The translations under genes were made by a program, and so were the position numbers. Of a stretch of 64,000 bases of DNA, positions 49,301 to 61,664 are shown piece by piece. Location: contig NC_092349.1 of the NCBI RefSeq assembly GCF_963676685.1, forward strand, positions 49,786,001 through 49,850,000. The letters run 5' to 3'. Origin of the DNA: Mytilus edulis. Lineage: Eukaryota. The notes beneath the pieces are model-generated. The model was not told where the DNA came from, did not search any database, and saw only the letters and a program-made list of their open reading frames with translations. The number at the start of each line of letters is the position of its first letter. Within the stretch, counting starts at the first letter, position 1.

Positions 49301-51980
49301 GGAATGACTGCCTATGAGACAGGTCTCAATCCAAGTCACAATTTGTAAAAGTAAACTATTAAAAGTCTTCAACACGGAGCCTTGGTTCACACCACACAGC
49401 AAGCCATAAAAGGCCCCAAAAATGACAAGTGTGAACCATTCAAAAATGCAATCTAGATCATGTGATTTATATGACTAGGACGATGTCACCAGTATGACAC
49501 ATGCCGCTTTGGTAGTATTAGGGCTGTTTTAATGGTATTATTTAATAATATTATATATACAAATGGACAAAGAAAAACAGAAAACACTATACGCAAAATA
49601 GAAATATATAAAGACAGACATGCAATACGACATGTCAGTTATATCTTACTCCAAAAACACACACTTGTCCATGTGTATTTATATATGTGAAATAGATATA
49701 AACATCTTCTTTCAAACTGCATTATAATTTTTGATTTATTATCTTCTTGTCTTACTTGTAAACGGATACTCTAAATCATTATAATCGTTATGGGATATTA
49801 AAGCTCTGGAATATTGTATCAACTGTATATATACTTCATGAACAGGCGATGTTGTAATCTTTTGAAATGGCGATTTCATAATGAAGAAAATGCAATCATC
49901 TCTTATGTCGTAAAATGTTGTTCCTAACTGACATGCATTGTCAATAACATTTATATAAGTCAAGATACGAGGCAGATCGAAGGCACACTTTTTCATTCTT
50001 TATTTTAAGTTCGAAGTGGGACATGTATGTCATAGAGTCACCCAAGGAAAGGAAATCATGAGGTCTACTTCTAAATGTTTTTGTACTTACCATAAATTAC
50101 TGTAAATTATTACAATTACTCTAAACATATAGTATAGTTTAATATCTTTTAAGGTAAAAGTTGAGCTAGTTACAAATGGGAAATTGGATTTAGCCTTATA
50201 TTTTGATGGCAACGTTTCGACAAGTTACAATTGGTTTAGTTTGGAACGGCTTCGTCCTAGTTCTTTCAACGACTTGACGCAAACGACTACTGTGAACTTT
50301 TTCTCTATGAATGGGTAAATTATTTCTAAGATATTTATATTTAATTACTATAATGTCAGTATATTATCAAAGACAGATTATTGAAAGATAATTGCAAAAC
50401 TATTGTAATGATGTCTAGTAAATCAAATAAGTAATTAAAACTCAATAATCTAGTTTATCATTTGATACGATAACACAAATTAAAAAGCTATCATTTCGTT
50501 TTCATGAAAGGCATGCACATACAAATCAAAACTGTCAGATGTCATTACCTAATCTCAAAACCAGAACTCAACAGAGATGTTCAAAATAAGACTTAAGCCA
50601 ACTATGACTGGGGGGGAGAAATACCTCAGTGTGACACAATTTCAAATTCAGAAATTCTTATAGTACCGTAAATTACCGTTTCCAGAAGATGACATCTTTG
50701 GCAACAATTGTCTACCGAAAACTTTATCGATTCATTACTTGTAAAAACTCAACCAATGCATGAATGATTACAAAATCACATATGTAAATATACAGTAAAA
50801 TGTATATTGATCTTGATATACATGCGCTAAAATACTTTTTTTGTTTTATACAGTGATCAAACCGTTGATCGCCATTTCTACATCAGCAGTCCTTATGTCA
50901 GCTGTCTGGGTGACTTATTTTGGATGGTAGTTATAGATACTGCAGATGCTAATTATCGCCCCTGTGACTATGATAAATTACCTGGAAAGGAATACCCATA
51001 CATATTATATGCTCCTAATCAGCATAAGACTACATTGAACAATGGTATGTTAAATAATGTATATATGTATATATTAAATTACGGATGTTTACAATGCTAA
51101 TTATTTGACTTATTGCAAACTATCTAATATCGTAAGTTTTGATAGTTAGACTGAGTTTATCTATTTACGTCTTGCAAAATAAGAAGTTAAAGTATGATGG
51201 TACATTAGACAACTATCACACGTAAACACTGCAGAACTTTGATAACAAAACACATATATAGATTACTGTACGGATTTCAACAGTGAGCTGAACAAATATT
51301 ATTGTAAGCTGGAGAGTGCAACACATATAAAAATAATACAGAGAAAGCTTAAGGCATGATATCAAATAAGTTAATATATACAGCTGAAAACGACAATTCT
51401 TGGAAAACGAAATAAGTGGTAGAATTCTATATAATAATAAGTGCTCAGCCAATCGCTGACATTCGATGCCTTCGTTTTTGTATGTCATAAAGGATAACCA
51501 CAGAACTGTTTAAACCTAGCAAATTCATTATTGCTTAGAATCTGGTAAATATAAATAGGTCTTTAACGCAGCGAAAAAATCCCGCATTAGAAGCCGGCCT
51601 CAGCTGGCCCCTAAACAACAACAATGTATACTATTTGAACAAAGTGATGCAATAAACATATTTATTATTATCCAGAGTGATAAATGGGAGATAGACAAAT
51701 ATTTATCAAGTAAATAAGCAAGATGAAAGGGCAAATGATTTTCACCAAAAACAAGCAGTATTGATTATTTTACTTGGATGTTGTCAATTGAAAATAATAA
51801 AGAGGTAAACATTATATAATGGGAAAGAGTTTTTGAAATCAAGGCGAAACAATTTATATATAAACTAGAAATAACATTATAAATTCAGGTTGATGATGAT
51901 AAACTGATAATTTATTTGTCATTTCAGGAACCTATGGAGTGGCTGAAAAGATGGTGATATCAATATTGACATTTATATAA
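41048..51980 (+). CDS. 485-aa type II membrane protein: signal-anchor, 7 EGF-like repeats, uncharacterised ~190-aa C-terminal domain
   Basis: 12 coding exons: 41048-41162, 41739-41846, 42056-42163, 42702-42809, 44767-44874, 45344-45451, 45932-46039, 47157-47273, 49049-49221, 50154-50314, 50854-51044, 51928-51980. All are AG/GT and phase-compatible, 1458 nt with no internal stop. AATAAA at ~52061. The N-terminus could extend upstream via the acceptor at 41027. Confidence 0.88.
42466..42535. repeat. 24-bp tandem repeat (ATCTTTTATAATCTTATTTTATGA) x~3
   Basis: Directly visible, intronic. Confidence 0.85.
43954..44050. repeat. Palindromic mini-element with GC-rich centre
   Basis: Perfect 17-bp arms AGATACAATGGATAAGC / GCTTATCCATTGTATCT, centre GCCCTTCGCCCTCCGGGC. 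Confidence 0.7.
46367..46925 (-). mobile_element. tRNA-derived element with terminal direct repeats, embedded in (TA)n
   Basis: tRNA-like 46461-46557 on the minus strand with A box TGGTCGTGTGG and B box GGTTCGAATCC. ~66-bp direct repeat at 46392-46458 and 46832-46897. (TA)n tracts on both sides. Confidence 0.75.
49745..50030 (-). mobile_element. Old Penelope-like RT fragment in an intron
   Basis: FYDIRDDC.F...PF....[11 protein letters not shown] matches the YDKRDDF...YISQLIRYSRA block of the other PLEs in the window. Confidence 0.7.
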
Positions 51981-52459
51981 CATTTAAATATCATCATAGC
52001 GTTTGTATTCTTAAATGTGTGCATAAAATTACAATGGTATTTAGTATTTAAAATATTAAAAATAAAAAGTAGATGGTTTTGTTACGTGTAAACTGTCCAG
52101 TAGAAGGTGACAGAAAAAGAAGGAAATCTCAAATCAAAGTATTTAATTATTTTCGAAGACCATACTGCAAAAGAATTATATGTTTCTAAGTTAACACTTT
52201 AATGATTGTTTAGGGAATGCGTTACTCAAAGGAGATAATATCTGATTTTTAGAAACATATTTAACCAAGCTTCTTAATGGTTAAGCTGAAATATCGTGTA
52301 TACAACCGAATATTATTGAAACCGCAACTTAAACGGCCTTACATTTGTCGGTGTTTGTGTTTGTGTAAAAAAAAGATAAAAATTTATATTTCGAAAAACA
52401 CTTTCCACGTAGTTACATTCTATGTTGACAGTAAACATTACTTATATCGTAACTAAAAT

Positions 52460-52752
52460 ACCTTTCCCATTCACGATTGTGACCTACCGAATTAGATGTT
52501 TTACCGAATTTGTAATAACAGAAGCAACACGACGGTGGCAACATGTGGAACAGAATCTGCTTACCCTTCCGTACCACCTGAGATCACCCCCATTTTGAGG
52601 GTGGGTTTCGTGTTGCGTAGTCTTTAGTTTTTCTATGTTTTGTCTTCTGTACTATTATTTGTCTATTTATCTTTTTTTTTTAGCCATGGCGATGTCCGTT
52701 TATTTTCAATCTATGAGTTTGGCTGTCCCTTTGCTATCTTTCGTCCCTTTTT
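52460..52752 (+). repeat. Solo copy of the second PLE family's 3' UTR
   Basis: Collinear with ~35895-36190 (GCAACAC..CGG...ACATGTGGA.CAG.ATCTGCTT...CACCT.AGATCACCCC...AGCCATGGCG...CGTCCC). Confidence 0.85.
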
Positions 52753-52860
52753 AATGACAAAAGTTTGCCATCTATACCAGTGAAGCTGACTAGTGACTAA
52801 CTAGTCAATTGAACATGTACCATAAAAATTCTTCTAAAGATACCAGGCTCATAATTCGGT

Positions 52861-52923
52861 ACGTCAGACGCCCGTTTCGTTTACAGAATAGAATATCTAC
52901 ACAGGACTCATTAGTGGCGCTCG
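52861..52923 (-). ncRNA. Degenerate minimal hammerhead ribozyme (retrozyme remnant)
   Basis: Reverse complement GAGCGCCA-CTAATGA-GTCC..[insertion]..AC-GAAA-CGGGCG-TC-TGACGT. The core is mutated (CTAATGA). Confidence 0.6.
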
Positions 52924-53149
52924 AATCTAAACAATCCAAAGCCAAATCAAGTCGAATAACAATATTTTTTGTACATAAATTAAGCCGTTAGTTTTATCGT
53001 TTGAATTGTTTAACATTGTCAATTCATGACTGACTATGCGAAATGGGCTTTGCTCATTGTTTAAGGCCATATGGTGACCTAAAGTTGTCATTTGGTCTCT
53101 TATAGTACTGTAACTGACATCGAAAAAGACGCTTAGTTAACGAGTTTAA

Positions 53150-56100
53150 TGGTCCGGAATAACACACGGCTGCAAATTGTTTTAAATGATACAATAATAT
53201 CTATATCTTAAATTCCGTCGGGTCGTAAAAAGTTTCTATGGTCACATTTTTGTATTTTATCCCTTTAATGGGGGTACCCCACAATTTACGGTTTTGGGTA
53301 GTTACCTTAAAATCCAAAAATATATTTTTTGGTTAAATTGCCCAATATTTTCGTAAATATTTTCTATGCACATATCATCAAGGATCATCGGAATGATGAA
53401 GACATAAATATAATACCATCTCCAAGTAAAACTTTCAAACTTAAAGTTAGCTGTTTTTTAGGAAGAGATTTAACGCGTTTTTCTTTGAAAACGAAAAAAC
53501 ATATGATTCAAAAATAGTATTTGACATTTGAGAGGACAAAACATATTATTGCGATACTGCATGCAAATTTTGTTCGGCAAATTCCAAACAATTTTGTCAA
53601 AAACTCAAAAATAAGAACATCATTTGTACCTTTTTTAATTACGGAAATTTCCTATCCGTCAATCAGCTCCACCATTTATTTTTTCCTTCACCATCAATTT
53701 GATAGTTTTGATGTGATTATGTAGATTTTGTAGGAGAAGTTAATTTATTTTTGAGTGATTTGAATATATAGAGTTAACCTCAGAGCAATTAATATGCATG
53801 CAAGTGGTCGGGGGAAAAGTACTATTGAAGATTCGCAGAGATTTGGTGTGTGACAAGGTGATGCTAAAACCAACTTCTCTTAATATTCTGCTTTCCGTGG
53901 GCGAATCATCAGTGATGTTATGAGACTTGCACCAGAAGGCAAAATTGGTGCGTCTTTAAATTAGATTGATTGATTGATTGTTGGTTGCTTAACGTCCAGT
54001 GACAAATATTTCATGCATGTTCAGGACGAGAACAAGTTAACAATAAAAACAATAGGTAGGTTTTGTCATAATAGAGGCCATTTGGGATGATGATCGGGAA
54101 AATTAAGACTGCCACTGAAAATGATGGTATATTGGATTGGGACAGAAATTTTCCATTGCAACAGGCCAACTTCGGACTCCTCAAAGAGTTGATGCAAGGG
54201 TTTTAACATGCAAAGAACGTGACACTCCCTTTACACGAGGCATCGGACTTAACGTCCCCATTCTGACCGGACGTGACTGCGAACTTGATACATCCCGCAC
54301 AGCCAAACGGACGCCCCACTTCGTTTAACTGCCAGTCGGGAGAAGACTAAGTGACCACATTTCGTTTCCCCAGTCACCCTTGGGGAACTTTAAATTAGAA
54401 ACAACAGAAATCCATACATGTGATCAAACTGATCGACATGTATCCTCACAACCTGACACTTTTATACGATCTCGCGCTCAGTTTCTTCCTTGTAGTTTGG
54501 ATATGAAAACAGGGTTTTTGTGTAAAAGACAAACCTTTAAAAAAAAAAACCAGAAAACTACGCAAAACTGAGTCCTCTAAACGTGTTGACAGTCTTTTAA
54601 GTTGTGCTTATTAATGTGAGTAATCATTTATCCATGCATAACCAAGTACTTATTGAAGTCAACACCTGTGCAATTAAGTAAAACAGTTACTGAAAAATTA
54701 GAATTTGAACTTGCTGTCAGTTCATTAATAACGATTGTTAGTGATGTGATTTGTTTTTCCATAAAAAAAAAAGCCTTTCTCATGTAGCACATCCTCTATA
54801 TATACCGATCAATTTTACCCAAGATTGTCTCTGATGCTTACCAAACTGCCAAACTCCAGAACTACATATAACTAGATATTGTGACACCTTACAATTCAGA
54901 AACAGTGGGGCCAAGGGATATGAAATAAAGAGTTTAGCTCTGAACTCAATTTAGGGGATGCCATATCTGCTGCAGGAAAATTGAAGTCTATGTTAAGACT
55001 TTCAGAATTACACCAAGGTGTGTCTGAAAATATTAAGGATACATTAAAAGAAGAACAATTACTTCACCCTGCCACCAGTGCTCTTATGAGCTATGTCCTC
55101 ATTTTGGTATCTCTATGGAAATGCATAGCTTGCTAATAGATATCGGAAGATGTGGTATGCGTGCCAATGATACAACACACCATCCAAGTCACAATTTATA
55201 AATGTAAACCATTATAGGTCACGGTCCGGTATTCAACACGGAGCCTAGGCTCAAAAGTTCATTTGTTAGTTAATTGATAAAAATAACACAAAGGCGCTTC
55301 TGAACCGTATATTGTCCCTAAAGATAACAAAAATTCGTAAATGGATGGCTATTACAAAATCAATCGTTTCTGTAGCAACATTCGCTCCATTACATTTTGG
55401 ATTGGCAGTGCAGATACATCATGCATATGCATATGGGAATATGGGTCACTAACATTGATCGAAACTTTGTACTCACATTTCTATTGTGTTTCCTATGCAA
55501 AGGTAAGACTATATCTGACGAGTTTGACCGAATCATGACGGTATTAACGCTCCAGATAGCATTTGTACTCAAAAACTGTGTTTGCTTTGAACAAACTCTG
55601 TCCTACGCCGAACTTGTTCTTATAAAAAAGGGAAGTGTCTTGTAATGCTAATACGCGTACTGAATCCGCATATGATGACTAAGAGATTGATTCATGTCCC
55701 TATTTTATGAATACTTGAGCTATTGTGTGTCACTTTTAAAAGTTATATAAGGACCATGACTGATTTTGAATTACAACATTAAAAAATTGGCATTGCATTG
55801 TATAATTTTTCATCCTTCCCTTAAAAAATTAATGAATTAACTTTTTTACCAGGATTATCCCACTAAAAAAATGTTCATGCACCAAACTGACTTTGTTTTA
55901 CACTCATTTTTTTTTAAATCTCGCATTCGCCTCGTGTGACTATAGTATATTTTGTGTTATAACTGCCCTGTCTAGACTTTGCAAATACACAATATGTGTT
56001 TTTCTATAACTAGATACTAATTTTCACAAAATACACACACAACCTTTAAGATGCAAAATTAAAAACACTTGAATTTTGTTTTTTTCATAGATAGAAAAAA

Positions 56101-56561
56101 TATTGAAATAATTTGATAAACTGGTGTTTTATACTTTAGAAAATAATTCTGTAATATACTATAGTGAAATACTATACACAATATGAAAGTTTATGGATGT
56201 GAAAAGGTCAAGGCCACTTCTTCTTTTGCTAACGTCTTAAATGGAAAAAAATCAGAAGGTTCCAAATCAACGCCATTTTTTAATGGCAGCTTTTCATATA
56301 AGTAGTCAAATTTGTCGTTTTAACATCGTTTATACCATATGCTTATGATTGAATCGTTTTTGTAGCATTCTATTGAATAAATGTCAGAATATTTCTCCTT
56401 TTTGTCCTTGTGGTTGAAATGTTGATATTTTTAGGTCTGACCTTTGACCTCAATTTCACAAAATTGTGACCACTCTGGATTTTTACGACCCAACTTTTCT
56501 TATTATACACGTTTTCCTCTTTCCATCGATATATAATTTAGGTGTGTGTTCTTCCGGACCA
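53150..56561. mobile_element. Non-autonomous TTAA-flanked DNA transposon (3.4 kb, Kolobok-like)
   Basis: TIRs TGGTCCGGAATAACACAC / GTGTGTTCTTCCGGACCA (17 of 18), TTAA at 53146-53149 and 56562-56565. Subterminal inverted GGGTCGTAAAAA...TGGTCACA motifs at ~53220 and ~56465-56491. Confidence 0.8.
53961..54380 (-). mobile_element. Deu/Nin-domain SINE nested in the TTAA element
   Basis: (ATCA)n tail on the minus strand. Reverse complement GGGGACGTTAAGTCCGATGCCTCGTGTAAAG...GCATGTTAAAACCC resembles the Deu/Nin core. Confidence 0.65.
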
Positions 56562-59500
56562 TTAAAGTTTTAAAAAATGAACTCTGGTTGCAGTACTATT
56601 ATAGAGAGTTGTCTCATTGGCAATCATACCACATCTTCTTTTTTATATTAATACCCGAAAATTTGTGCAAAATACGACTAACGGAATATATATATACCTG
56701 GGGATTAGAAAACCCATTTACCGATTTGACATTCAAGCTCGTAAGTCGAAAATACTGACATTAAAAGGTTATATTTTAAAAAAAAACTGTATTATCTATT
56801 CTGTTTATGAAGAAAATAACATCAAAAATGTTGTGAACACTAAATATCCCGCGTAGTGGTTTATTTTAGAGTGTGCACCACCCTTTTTATGTTATTTCGA
56901 AAAGACAGAAAAATATTACAGTAATACCTTTTGATTTAATTCTAAATTCTATTTTAAGCCGGAGTAAATCATAGAAAAAACGTTGATGACGTCACTGTCA
57001 TATCATAAAATCATGTCTATGAGCTCAAAGACAAAACACTGTAAACCATTCAGAAGACGTGATACATTTAAAATTATTAGAGTATATTTACAGAAACTAA
57101 ACATATAATAGATACCTCAATTTAAAACAAATTCGAAAAAAAACGAAATATTGACATAATATAATTGTTTATAGTCTTGTTAGATATTAATATCTTAGTC
57201 TATAATATTGAATAACTATTAAAATTTCATAAATGTTTTGTAAGCTATCTATTTCAAATTAAAATTATCACGTCTGCATTATGCAAATTTAAGTTTTATG
57301 ACGTATAATTGATTCTGTGTTTACATTTTCATTTAAAAGAATTTTTCAAAAACAGTATACATTCCTTTGAGAAGTGATTATCCATCTAGAAAATAAAACA
57401 CTTGTAAATTCTTGTGTTTTCCCCGTCTTAATGCGTGTTTATGTTCATATTATGTCTGTGTTGTGGATACTGCTCATAGTTATCAAAGGTACCAGGATCC
57501 CACGTAAAGATCGATAATAGTTTTGTATATTAACTTAAAGTTACATGTAAACAATGAAGCATGAGCAGTGAACAAAGTCGGAGAACATGAATGGTCATTT
57601 CTCCCTTTCAAGTAAAACATATCATTCCATGCAAAATATATCAAGAGGGAAATACATAATCATATTAAGTCTTATCTAAAGTGCTCTTGAGCATTGAAGG
57701 GTAAATTTTACATGGCTTTCATTTGTACAATGTAAACTTAATATTTAACATTGCATGACAAATAAATTCATTCAGGAATTATTTAAAAGTTGAGCTAATA
57801 ATGAACGATAAGCAAATATGTTATACGTACAGTAACAACCGACAAACACTTTGTCTATATAGTTGTAGTTGAATTTAGATTTTGGAACAGATATATTCAT
57901 AAATAGAAATAAAAAGATGTGGTATGATTTTTAATGAGACAACTCTCAACAAGAGAACAAATGACACAGAAAATTAACAACTATTAGTAAAGATCACCGT
58001 ACGTTCTTCTACAATACGCAAATCTCGTAACGCATAGCTAGCTATAAAAGACTCCGAAATTTAAAATGAAACACAGTTCAAACGAGAAAACTTACAACCT
58101 AATTCATGTACAAAATAATGAACGAAAAACAAGTATGTTACACGTACAACAAAAAACGACGAACATAGAACTACCGGTTCCTGACTTGGGATAGGCACGT
58201 ACAGCATGTGGCGGGATTGAACTAAGTAGTAAGAGGGCACCAAACCATCCCATTAATCTTGGACAGTGGTTAAACAGTACAAAACAAGAATACACTAAAC
58301 AAAACAATAAACGAAAAACAAATTTGATAAAGTGTAACCACTCACTTTTAAGCTCCTAACTTGGGACAGATACATGTAGAATGTGGCGAGGTTAAACTAG
58401 TTTGTTTATATGCCTTCTAAACCTTAAGTATTTTTACATAAACATTAGCCTTCCTTATAAATAAGGTTATGCATATACACATCAATTTAAAACTGAATAT
58501 ATATAAGTATACGATAGAAATGAATCAATTGACATGCGTATGAATATGCTTGATCTTGAGAATGTTTGTCTCACTTTACTTACTCTCTAGAGATAGCTGT
58601 CAAGCACATGACACTTTGGTTTATATTGTATTTTATGCTCTTTTTACCCTCAATACAAAAAAGACAAAACCATTGCCATACAAAGAACCTGGAACATATT
58701 CTTTTAATCAAATTAAACAAAGTAAGAAAAACGCTTGTAACTTGATCTACTCCTGTAGGATAAAATGTCAATACTTTTAAGTGAAAATATATTTCATCTC
58801 AAAGTACCTTAAAGTTTGTTGTAAACGTCAGGAAAGTGATTTATTAAAGTCTGCCAAGTAGATCCAACTGATTCCCTAGACCCTTTTGCCGATCTGCATG
58901 TGTACACGCTTACTGTATCTAAAGATGTATAAAATGGAAGTACACAATGACTTGCTGATTTCAAGGTTATAAATTATGGGTTATGCGGTAATAAAGATAT
59001 GAAATGTAAATTGACTTACAAGTACCTTAGATATTAAGTTCGAATTTAGCTTGAGTAGGCTCTTTCTATCAAGCTTTCAAGAAAGATAACGCTTAAATGA
59101 ATAACGGATTGACCTGCAATTCATACCAAAAGTAAGTCTTCTTATTGTCACTTAATTATAAATATATACAAAAGATGGGATGAAAAAGTCGAACACAACT
59201 CTATAGTGAAGGGCAAAATGTATATATAATCATAGCTTTCAAATTCAATTGATATATATAGATGAATTACAATGGATCTGATATATAACCTAGTCGATGT
59301 TTCTGTAAAACTGTTTTAAAAAAAATAACAGCAGATGAAGAAAAAAAACCTGCAGCTAGTGTAGGCATAGAGTTATCTATTCAAATGTTTTTGGAACTTG
59401 CTAAACATCCAAGACAGGCACAAATATACGACTCTTTGTTTGAGATCTTACCCAAGGGAGATAAGTCAATGAAAAGGCCTAAAAGATTGACTTCCGGGTT

Positions 59501-60519
59501 CCAGACAATTTATTGATATTTGCACTTGCAGTACAAAATCGTCTGATTTCATTTTTTAGAAAAATATATTTCACTTTTTCAAATTATTTTATGAACCATT
59601 TGATTACCAACTATGTTTAGAATTAAATTAAAATCAAAATCAAAATGTGTCAATTTGAGACTAAAATCACTATTATTCCAAGGCATAAATTTACATATTA
59701 AAGTCATTTGACAAGCTTAATATTTTGTTTTGATATAAAATATACCCTATAGCCACTGGACGTTATGCAATCGCCAATCGATCCATTTATTATTTAATTT
59801 TTAAATTAAATATTAAATGATTTCCACATCAATTCAACAATGCAATAATTCATAATGTACGAAACTAATCCCCTCAGCAGATCAAAATAATTTTTAAAAT
59901 CAATTTTCAGATGATATTTGCCAAGTTTGTTTCTTGCCTTAGAAATGTGCATAGTTTTAACCCTTTTTCCTTATAACTTTAGAACAAAACTTTATACATT
60001 TCAAGCGTCCAAAGCAAAGAATTACAAACAATTTATTGATCAAAACGTGATATACGAATATCAACAATGTCAATATTTTGAACAACTATTCAAATAAGAA
60101 TTAAATGATTGTCAGACATCTCCGATTTTCACAAATTGTTGCAATATGACGAAAAAGCATCTTTGATATCCTGATAACAGTCTTTTTAATTAATTTCCAT
60201 AGAGGACGATATTTTTATTCATTTTTTTATTATGTTAAAACCAGTTTGTTATAGTTGACACTGAGGTTTCCAGAATAATATTCCCCATAATTATATCATA
60301 TATATATCTTTGATTTATTACAGAAGAAGTTTTATATTTTATTCTGAACTCTGATTTAATTGACGTATAAATCAAAGTTTTACTAGTTTTATTATATGTG
60401 TTCAAAATAATGAATAGCTTTATATGTTGTCAAAATAGAGAAGTATTGACTTTGGTAGGTAGATACACATTTATGACTCACAAGATATTGATCAGAAAGA
60501 CTCCTGTGAACGGTCCTAG

Positions 60520-61210
60520 GACAGAATTTGTGTTAACTTAAAAAGCAGACTTGGTCCCAGGACTGTTTTAATGATTATCAGAAAAGTTATCTTCATGACA
60601 GGTACATACCCAGAATTGAAGTTAACTTTGGACGAAGTTAACTTTGCCATAAGCTGTTCTACACACAAGTTAACTTATGACCAGGTCTGCTATCAAATTT
60701 CAAACCAGACCTGTTCTTATAAAAGTTAACTTTGGTCTGGTTTGCTCTTCCAAGATAAAGTTAACATGATCTAAAGTTAAATTGTAAACATGACTGCTTT
60801 TATTGTATGTATCAATGTGGTAAAGAATATCCATAGGACCGATTAAAAAGCAGACCTGTCCCCTTGACTTAAAGGACTGCTTTGTTAAATAGCAAACTTG
60901 TCCACATGACTTTTATGGTATGGTCTGGTCAAGCAGACCTATTCACAGGTCAGGTCTGGTCGAGCAGACCTAACCACAGGCCTGGTCTTGTCAAGCAGAC
61001 CTGTCCACAGGTCTGATCTGATCTAGCTGACCTGTCCTGGGAACAGGACTGCTCTAGCAAACTTGTCCCCAGGTCTGGTCTGCAGCAGTCCTTAAAAAGC
61101 AGACTTTAGTTCCGGTCTGTTAGGGATAAAGTTAACTTACAGGTCTGCTAAATGTTCCTAATTTAACATATAGAGTAGTCGTAAGGACTGCTTTAAGTTA
61201 ACTTGTGTAC
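60520..61210. repeat. Cluster of AAGTTAACTT palindromes and AGCAGACC/GGTCTGCT motifs in both orientations
   Basis: Perfect 15-bp inverted repeat ACACAAGTTAACTTA (60663-60677) / TAAGTTAACTTGTGT (61194-61208), with ~30-bp quasi-tandem units at ~60920-61080. Confidence 0.7.
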
Positions 61211-61664
61211 AAGTTAGAACCGCACCCATCTGTAGCTTCCTTCTGAGCAGCAACCCTCTATCAAGAAAATCATGAAAGGAAACACAAGCCCGGGAATATC
61301 ATATCAATTGGGAGATATATGACCTTCGATTAATTGACCCTACACTCAAACGGATTATCTCCATGTTTGGCAAAATTAAGACACAAGTTAACGAGAAAAC
61401 ATCCTTAACAAAGGTTATACCTATTGTTCTTGTTCATGATATTATAAGGTGTCTTTCTCGTCACGTAGTTATAACTAGAAAACATTTGCCAAGAAACCAA
61501 AATTTTGACATCTCGATAGTATGCAAACATCATTTATATTATTGTTGTAGATCTTAACCTTGCAGCCACAATATTGTCGAGTTGAATAGCAAACCCTTAT
61601 ATTTTTATTTATATTCTTATTCTTTTTCAGGTGACAGGAACAATCACATTTGAATGTCAAAACA

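Noticed and set aside
54770-55130. Coding-like stretch inside the TTAA element
   Set aside because: No open frame or transposase motif identifiable by eye.
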